The notes under the pieces are model-generated. The model saw only the letters and a list, made by a program, of their open reading frames with translations. It was not told the origin of the DNA and did no database searches. From Utricularia gibba (lineage: Eukaryota > Plantae > Magnoliophyta), in NCBI GenBank assembly GCA_002189035.1, contig NEEC01000268.1, positions 1-30,860 of the forward strand: a stretch of DNA of 30,860 nucleotides, in the 5' to 3' direction. The position numbers and the translations under genes are program-made. Positions 22,901-30,860 of the stretch are shown here, piece by piece; position 1 is the first letter of the stretch; the number at the start of each line of letters is the position of its first letter.

Positions 22901-25900
22901 CAAGGTTTTTCAAGGAACACTTCTCGTTTTGTGTCGGCCACTCTCGCTGGCACTTGGTCGGCCCCGTTCGTCCGGCTCATGAGCCCAACCGGTGCGAGTC
23001 GACGAAAATAATGATGCATTTGTTTAAAGTAAGATGTCACGTGCACCCCACATGATTTTTCAACAACTTACTTTATACTTGAGGAGGCGGTCTTGGGGGC
23101 ACCTAGAACGGGACAATGGTCAGGTTGTTGGGCGAAAGTTAGTTGTAGCCTGGCAACTAAAGTGATGCATTATTAACGTTCGGTTTTCAGGGGCTGCCTA
23201 CAAGGTTTTTCAAGGAACACTTCTCGTTTGTGTCGGCCACTCTCGGGCACTTGGTCCAGTCCGCTCATGAGCCAACCGGGTGCGAGTCGACGAAAATAAT
23301 GATGCATTTGTTTAAAGTAAGATGTCACGTGCACCCCACATGATTTTTTCAACAACTTACTTTATACTTGAGGAGGCGGTCTTGGGGGCACCTAGAACGG
23401 GACAAAGGTCAGGTTGGGTTGGGCGAAAGTCGGCAACTAAAGTGATGCACTTATTAAGATTCGGTTTTCAGGTACAAGGTTTTTCACACGTGCACCCCAC
23501 ATGATTTTTTCAACAACTTACTTTATACTTGAGGAGGCGGTCTTGGGGGTGTCGGTACGGCTCACGGGTCAGGTTGGGGTTAGGGTTCGGTCCGGTTCAT
23601 TGAGCCCAACCGCGATGCACTCATTAACGAAAATAATGGTTTTCAGGGGCTGCATTTGTTTACAAGTTTGTCACACGTGCACCCCACATGATTTTTTCAA
23701 CAACTTACTTTATACTTGAGGAGGCGGTCTTGGGGCACCTGTGTCGGGACAACTCAGGGTTGGGTTACTGGTGGTCCGAAAGTTGAGCCCTGGCGCGATG
23801 CACTTATTAACGAAAATCATGGTTTTCGGCTGCCTACAAGGTTTTTCAAGGAACACTTCTCGTTTGTGTCGGCCACTCTCACTGGCACTACGTTGGTCCG
23901 GCTCATGAGCCCATGTCACGAAAATGCACACCACACATGATTTTTTCAACAACTTACTTTATACTTGAGGAGGCGGTCTTGGGGGGAACGGGACCTAAAG
24001 AGTTGTAGCCTGCAACTAAAGTGACATTTATTAACGTTCGGTCAGGTACATGGGTTAGGGCACTTGAATGAGTCCAACCGGTGCGAGTTGTAAAGCACGT
24101 GCACCCCACATGATTTTTTCAACAACTTACTTTATACTTGAGGAGGCGGTCTTGGGGGCATGCGGGACAAAGGTCAGGTATTAACCTGGCAACTTCGGTT
24201 TTCGGGCTGCCTACAAGGTTTTTCAAGGAACAGCTTTCGTTTTGTGTCGGCCACTCTCGCTGGGCACTTGGTCCGGCGCTCCGTTCGGTCCGGCTCATGA
24301 GCCCAACCGGGTGCGAGTCGACGAAAATAATGATGCATTTGTTTAAAGTAAGATGTCACGTGCACCCCACATGATTTTTTCAACAACTTACTTTATACTT
24401 GAGGAGGCGGTCTTGGGGGGCACCTAGAACGGGACAAAGGTCAGGTTGGGTTGGGCCGAAAGTTAGTTGTAGCCTGGCAACTAAAGTGATGCATTTATTA
24501 ACGTTCGGTTTTCAGGGGCTGCCTACATGGTTTTTCAAGGAACAGCTTCTCGTTTGTGTCGGCCACTCTCACTGGCACTTGGTCCGGCGCTGTTCGGTCC
24601 GGCTCATGAGCCCAACCGGTGCGAGTCGACGAAAATAATGATGCATTTGTTTAAAGTAAGATGTCACGTGCACCCCACATGATTTTTTCAACAACTTACT
24701 TTATACTTGAGGAGGCGGTCTTGGGGGGCACCTAGAACGGGACAAAGGTCAGGTTGGTTTGGCCGAAAGTTAGTTGTAGCCTGGCAACTAAAGTGATGCA
24801 TTTATTAACGTTCGGTTTTCAGGGGCTGCCTACAAGGTTTTTCAAGGAACAACTTCTCGTTTTGTGTCGGCCACTCTCGCTGGGCACTTGGTCGGCCTCG
24901 TTCGGTCCGGCTCATGAGCCCAACCGGTGCGAGTCGACGAAAATAATGATGCATTTGTTTAAAGTAAGATGTCACGTGCACCCCACATGATTTTTTCAAC
25001 AACTTACTTTATATACTTGAGGAGGCGGTCTTGGGGGCACCTGAACGGACAATGGTCAGGTTGGGCTTTGGCCGAAAGTTAGTTGTAGCCTGGCAACTAA
25101 AGTGATGCATTTATTAACGTTCGGTTTTCGGGCTGCCTACATGGTTTTTAAAGAAACAGCTTCTCGTTTTGTGGCGACCACTCTCGCTGGCACTTGGGGG
25201 CCCCCGTTCGTCCGTCATGAGTCCAACCGGGTGCGAGTCGACGAAAATAATGATGCATTTGTTTAAAGTAAGATGTCACGTGCACCCCACATGATTTTTT
25301 CAACAACTTACTTTATACTTGAGGAGGCGGTCTTGGGGGCACCTGGAACGGGACAATGGTCAGGTTGGCCTTGGGCCGAAAGTTAGTTGTAGCCTGCAAC
25401 TAAAGTGATGCATTATTAACGTTCGGTTTTCAGGGGCTGCCTACAAGGTTTTTCAAGGAACAGCTTCTCGTTTTGTGGCCACTCTCACTGGGCACTTGGT
25501 CGGCCTGCGTTCGGTCCGGCTCATGAGCCAACCGGGTGCGAGTCGACGAAAATAATGATGCATTTGTTTAAAGTAAGATGTCACGTGCACCCCACATGAT
25601 TTTTTCAACAACTTACTTTATACTTGAGGAGGCGGTCTTGGGGGCACCTGGAACGGGACAATGGTCAGGTTGGGCTTGGCCGAAAGTTAGTTGTAGCCTG
25701 GCAACTAAAGTGATGCATTTATTAACGTTCGGTTTTTCAGGGCTGCCTACAAGGTTTTTCAAGGAACAGCTTCTCGTTTTGTGTCGGCCACTCTCTGGGC
25801 ACTTGGTCGGCGCTGCGTTCGGTCCGCTCATGAGCCCAACGGGTGCGAGTCGACGAAAATAATGATGCATTTGTTTAAAGTAAGATGTCACGTGCACCCC

Positions 25901-27153
25901 ACATGATTTTTTCAACAACTTACTTTATACTTGAGGAGGCGGTCTTGGGGGGCACCTGAACGGGACAATGGTCAGGTTGGGTTGGGCCGAAAGTTAGTTG
26001 TAGCCTGGCAACTAAAGTGATGCATTTATTAACGTTCGGTTTTAGGGCTGCCTACAAGGTTTTTCAAGGAACAACTTCTCGTTTTGTGTCGGCCACTCTC
26101 ACTGGCACTTGGTCGGCTGCGTTCGGTCCGGCTCATGAGCCCAACCGGGTGCGAGTCGACGAAAATAATGATGCATTTGTTTAAAGTAAGATGTCACGTG
26201 CACCCCACATGATTTTTTCAACAACTTACTTTATACTTGAGGAGGCGGTCTTGGGGGCACCTAGAACGGGACAAGGTCAGGTTGGGTTGGGCCGAAAGTT
26301 AGTTGTAGCCTGCAACTAAAGTGATGCATTTATTAACGTTCGGTTTTCAGGGGCTGCCTACAAGGTTTTTCAAGGAACAACTTCTCGTTTTGTGTCGGCC
26401 ACTCTCGGGCACTTGGTCGGCCCCCGTTCGTCCGGCTCATGAGCCAACCGGTGCGAGTCGACGAAAATAATGATGCATTTTGTTTAAAGTAAGATGTCAC
26501 GTGCACCCCACATGATTTTTTCAACAACTTACTTTATACTTGAGGAGGCGGTCTTGGGGGGCACCTAGAACGGGACAAAGGTCAGGTTGGGTTGGGCCGA
26601 AAGTTAGTTGTAGCCTGCAACTAAAGTGATGCATTTATTAACGTTCGGTTTTAAGGGCTGCCTACAAGGTTTTTCAAGGAACAACTTCTCGTTTTGTCGG
26701 CCACTCTCACTGGCACTTGGTCGGCGCTGCGTTCGGTCCGGCTCATGAGCCCAACCGGGTGCGAGTCGACGAAAATAATGATGCATTTGTTTAAAGTAAG
26801 ATGTCACGTGCACCCCACATGATTTTTCAACAACTTACTTTATACTTGAGGAGGCGGTCTTGGGGGCACCTAGAACGGGACAATGGTCAGGTTGGGTTGG
26901 GCCGAAAGTTAGTTGTAGCCTGGCAACTAAAGTGATGCATTATTAACGTTCGGTTTTCAGGGGCTGCCTACAAGGTTTTTCAAGGAACAGCTTCTCGTTT
27001 GTGTCGGCCACTCTCACTGGGCACTTGGTCCGGCCCTCGTTCGGTCCGCTCATGAGCCCAACCGGGTGCGAGTCGACGAAAATAATGATGCATTTGTTTA
27101 AAGTAAGATGTCACGTGCACCCCACATGATTTTTTCAACAACTTACTTTATAC
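16966..27153. repeat. Array domain II (subfamily dominated by GTGTCGGCCACTCTC, mostly GAGCCC(A) and CCTACAAGG)
   Basis: From the unit at 16966 onward GTGTCGGCCA is the majority allele. GAGTCC is reduced to isolated units (~18400, ~24070, ~25220). The boundary is approximate. Confidence 0.8.
22050..24398. other. Disordered segment of the array: an interleaved patch and five truncated monomers (probable consensus/assembly artefact)
   Basis: Marker spacing drops to 161, 187, 249, 173 and 261 bp between 23368 and 24399. Positions 22050-22140 and 23540-23690 consist of short pieces from two different monomer registers alternating. Confidence 0.8.
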
Positions 27154-30100
27154 TTGAGGAGGCGGTCTTGGGGGGCACCTAGAACGGGACAAAGGTCAGG
27201 TTGGGTTTGGCCGAAAGTTAGTTGTAGCCTGGCAACTAAAGTGATGCATTATTAACGTTCGGTTTTCAGGGGCTTCCTACAAGGTTTTTCAAGGAACAGC
27301 TTCTCGTTTTGTGTCGGCCACTCTCACTGGGCACTTGGTCCGGCGCTGCGTTCGGTCCGGCTCATGAGCCCAACCGGTGCGAGTCGACGAAAATAATGAT
27401 GCATTTGTTTAAAGTAAGATGTCACGTGCACCCCACATGATTTTTTCAACAACTTACTTTATACTTGAGGAGGCGTCTTGGGGGCACCTGAAACGGACAA
27501 TGGTCAGGTTGGGCTTGGCCGAAAGTTAGTTGTAGCCTGGCAACTAAAGTGATGCATTTATTAACGTTCGGTTTTCGGGGCTGCCTACATGTTTTTAAAG
27601 GAACAGCTTCTCGTTTTGTGGCGCCACTCTCGCTGGGCACTTGGTCGGCCCTCCGTTCGTTCCGCTCATGAGTCCAACCGGTGCGAGTCGACGAAAATAA
27701 TGATGCATTTGTTTAAAGTAAGATGTCACGTGCACCCCACATGATTTTTTCAACAACTTACTTTATACTTGAGGAGGCGGTCTTGGGGGCACCTGGAACG
27801 GGACAATGGTCAGGTTGGCCTTGGGCCGAAAGTTAGTTGTAGCCTGCAACTAAAGTGATGCACTTATTAACGTTCGGTTTTCAGGGGCTTCCTACAAGGT
27901 TTTTCAAGGAACAACTTCTCGTTTTGTGTCGGCCACTCTCACTGGGCACTTGGTCGGCACTGCGTTCGGTCCGGCTCATGAGCCCAACCGGGTGCGAGTC
28001 GACGAAAATAATGATGCATTTGTTTAAAGTAAGATGTCACGTGCACCCCACATGATTTTTTCAACAACTTACTTTATACTTGAGGAGGCGGTCTTGGGGG
28101 GCACCTGGAAAGGGACAATGGTCAGGTTGGGCTTGTCCGAAAGTTTGTTGTAGCCTGGCAAGTAAAGTGATGCATTATTAACGTTCGGTTTTCAGGGGCT
28201 TCCTACAAGGTTTTTCAAGGAACAACTTCTCGTTTTGTGTCGGCCACTCTCACTGGGCATTGGTCCGGCGCTGCGTTCGGTCCAGCTCATGAGCCCAATC
28301 CGGGTGCGAGTCGACGAAAATAATGATGCATTTGTTTAAAGTAAGATGTCACGTGCACCCACATGATTTTTTCAACAACTTACTTTATACTTGAGGAGGC
28401 GGTCTTGGGGGCACCTAGAACGGGACAAAGGTCAGGTTGGGTTGGGCCGAAAGTAGTTGTAGCCTGACAACTAAAGTGATGCATTTATTAACGTTCGGTT
28501 TTAAAGGCTTCCTACAAGGTTTTTCAAGGAAAAACTTCTCGTTTTGGCGACTCTCACTAGGCACTTGGTCTGGCGCTGCGTTCGGTCCGGCTCATGAGCC
28601 CAACCGGGTGCGAGTCGACGAAAATAATGATGCATTTGTTTAAAGTAAGATGTCACGTGCACCCCACATGATTTTTTCAACAACTTACTTTATACTTGAG
28701 GAGGCGGTCTTGGGGGGCACCTGGAAAGGGACAATGGTCAGGTTGGGCTTCGTCCGAAAGTTTGGTTGTAGCCTGTCAAGTAAAGCGATGCACTTATTAA
28801 CGTTCGATTTTCAGGGCTTCCTACAAGGTTTTCAAGGAACAACTTCTCGTTTTGTGTCGGCCACTCTCACTGGGCACTTGGTCCGGCGCTGCGATCGGTC
28901 CAGCTCATGAGCCCAATCGGGTGCGAGTCGACGAAAATAATGATGCATTTGTTTAAAGTAAGATGTCACGTGCACCCCACATGATTTTTTCAACAACTTA
29001 CTTTATACTGAGGAGGCGGTCTTGGGGGGCACCTAGAACGGGACAAAGGTCAGGTTAGGTTTGGGCCGAAAGTTAGTTGTAGCCTGACAACTAAAGTGAT
29101 GCATTATTAACGTTCGGTTTTCAGGGGCTTCCTACAAGGTTTTCAAGGAACAACTTCTCGTTTTGTGTCGGCCACTCTCACTGGGAACTTGGTCCGGCAC
29201 TGCGTTCGGTCCGGCTCATGAGCCCAACCGGGTGCGAGTCGACGAAAATAATGATGCATTTGTTTAAAGTAAGATGTCACGTGCACCCCACATGATTTTT
29301 TCAACAACTTACTTTATACTTGAGGAGGCGGTCTTGGGGGCACCTGGAAAGGGACAATGGTCTGGTTGGGCTTCGTCCGAAAGTTTGGTTGTAGCCTGTC
29401 AAGTAAAGCGATGCACTTATTAACGTTCGATTTTCAGGGGCTTCCTACAAGGTTTTCAAGGAACAACTTCTCGTTTTGTGTCGGCCACTCTCACTGGGCA
29501 CTTGGTCCGGCGCTGCGATCGGTCCAGCTCATGAGCCCAATCGGGTGCGAGTCGACGAAAATAATGATGCATTTGTTTAAAGTAAGATGTCACGTGCACC
29601 CCACATGATTTTTTCAACAACTTACTTTATACCTGAGGAGGCGGTCTTGGGGGGCACCTAGAACGGGACAAAGGTCAGGTTAGGTTTGGGCCGAAAGTTA
29701 GTTGTAGCCTGACAACTAAAGTGATGCACTTATTAACGTTCGGTTTTCAGGGGCTTCCTACAAGGCTTTTCAAGGAACAACTTCTCGTTTTGTGTCGGCC
29801 ACTCTCACTGGGAACTTGGTCCGGCACTGCGTTCGGTCCGGCTCATGAGCCCAACCGGGTGCGAGTCGACGAAAATAATGATGCATTTGTTTAAAGTAAG
29901 ATGTCACGTGCACCCCACATGATTTTTTTCAACAACTTACTTTATACTTGAGGAGGCGTCTTGGGGGGCACCTAGAACGGGACAAAGGTCAGGTTAGGTT
30001 TGGGCCGAAAGTTAGTTGTAGCCTGACAACTAAAGTGATGCATTTATTAACGTTCGGTTTTCAGAGGCTTCCTACAAGGTTTTTCAAGGAACAACTTCTC

Positions 30101-30860
30101 GTTTTGTGTCGGCCACTCTCACTGGGTACTTGGTCGGCGCTGCGTTCGGTCCAGCTCATGAGCCCAACCGGTGCGAGTCGACGAAAAAATGATGCATTTG
30201 TTTAAAGTAAGATGTCACGTGCACCCCACATGATTTTTTCAACAACTTACTTTATACTTGAGGAGGCGGTCTTGGGGGGCACCTAGAACGGGACAAAGGT
30301 CAGGTTGGGTTGGGCCGAAAGTTAGTTGTAGCCTGACAACTAAAGTGATGCATTTATTAACGTTCGGTTTTAAAAGGCTTCCTACAAGGTTTTTCAAGGA
30401 ACAACTTCTCGTTTTGTGTCGGCCACTCTCACTGGCACTTGGTCTGGCGCTGCGTTCGGTCCGGCTCATGAGCCCAACCGGTGCGAGTCGACGAAAATAA
30501 TGATGCATTTGTTTAAAGTAAGATGTCACGTGCACCCCACATGATTTTTTCAACAACTTACTTTATACTTGAGGAGGCGGTCTTGGGGGGCACCTAGAAC
30601 GGGACAAAGGTCAGGTTAGGTTTGGGCCGAAAGTTAGTTGTAGCCTGCAACTAAAGTGATGCATTTATTAACGTTCGGTTTTAAGGGCTTCCTACAAGGT
30701 TTTTCAAGGAACAACTTCTCGTTTTGTGTCGGCCACTCTCACTGGGCACTTGGTCCGGCGCTGCCGTTCGGTCCGCTCATGAGCCCAACCGGTGCGAGTC
30801 GACGAAAATAATGATGCATTTGTTTAAAGTAAGATGTCACGTGCACCCCACATGATTTTT
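27154..30860. repeat. Array domain III (GGCTTCCTAC, AACAACTTCTC, CTCTCACT, CCTGACAACT, GGCGCTGCG variants)
   Basis: GGCTTCCTAC first appears at 27271 and is present in all later units except the one at 27465. AACAACTTCTC (one unit reads AAAAACTTCTC) and CTCTCACT become nearly fixed from ~27770. Confidence 0.8.
28080..29947. repeat. Two-monomer higher-order repeat (~616-630 bp), about three copies
   Basis: Units at 28080, 28696 and 29319 share CTGGAAAGGG, GGGCTT(C)GTCCGAAAGTTT, CAAGTAAAG and CCAGCTCATGAGCCCAATC. The alternating units at 28391, 29008 and 29632 share CTAGAACGGGACAAAGG and CCTGACAACT. Confidence 0.88.

Larger units (their letters stand above)
1..30860. repeat. Tandem satellite DNA array, ~306-308 bp monomer, ~102 copies, single orientation, extending beyond both window ends
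   Basis: The marker TTGAGGAGGCGGTCTTGG recurs at ~118, 421, 726, 1033, 1341, 1646 ... 29948, 30258, 30569 (102 copies by manual count). Mean spacing is ~306 bp over 118-23079 and ~308 bp over 24399-30569. There is no interspersed unique sequence. Confidence 0.99.

Noticed and set aside
155-30556. All 60-122 aa ORFs in the track (e.g. MHLLTFGFQGLPTWFFKEQLLVLW..., MLKKSCGVHVTSYFKQ...), including hydrophobic, membrane-like stretches
   Set aside because: They are the same few frames re-read in every monomer and switch frame at homopolymer indels. Many start at TTG or GTG. They have no recognisable domain and no frame is preserved across units. The hydrophobicity follows from T-rich DNA.
1-30860. 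CRISPR array (constant block alternating with a variable block)
   Set aside because: The variable parts are homologous between units rather than unique spacers, the lengths are far outside CRISPR ranges, and there are no cas genes.
1-30860. Functional 5S rDNA or other RNA-gene tandem array (unit size is similar to plant 5S repeats)
   Set aside because: No full 120-nt 5S, tRNA, snRNA or spliced-leader gene is recognisable. Only a short partial resemblance exists, reported as a low-interest finding.

Overview
The whole 30,860-bp window is one head-to-tail tandem repeat array (satellite DNA), with no flanking unique sequence. The monomer is about 306-308 bp and about 49% GC. I count 102 copies of the marker CTTGAGGAGGCGG, all in the same orientation. 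No protein-coding gene, RNA gene, transposon or CRISPR array is supported, and the ORFs in the track are recurrent reading-frame artefacts of the repeat. Main structure: (1) each monomer is a diverged dimer of ~152 + ~155 bp halves; (2) linked variants split the array into three subfamily domains, with switches near 17 kb and 27 kb, and there is a clear 2-monomer higher-order repeat at 28.1-29.9 kb; (3) many recurrent variants are G/A or C/T changes at CG and CWG sites, suggesting plant-type CG+CHG methylation; (4) a ~64-bp core is almost invariant while its neighbours vary; (5) at 22.0-24.4 kb there are truncated and interleaved monomers that look like consensus or assembly artefacts. Homopolymer length jitter throughout suggests noisy long-read origin, so single-copy differences are not trusted. 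The best interpretation is a eukaryotic, possibly plant, centromeric or pericentromeric satellite. Organism and function cannot be established from sequence alone.
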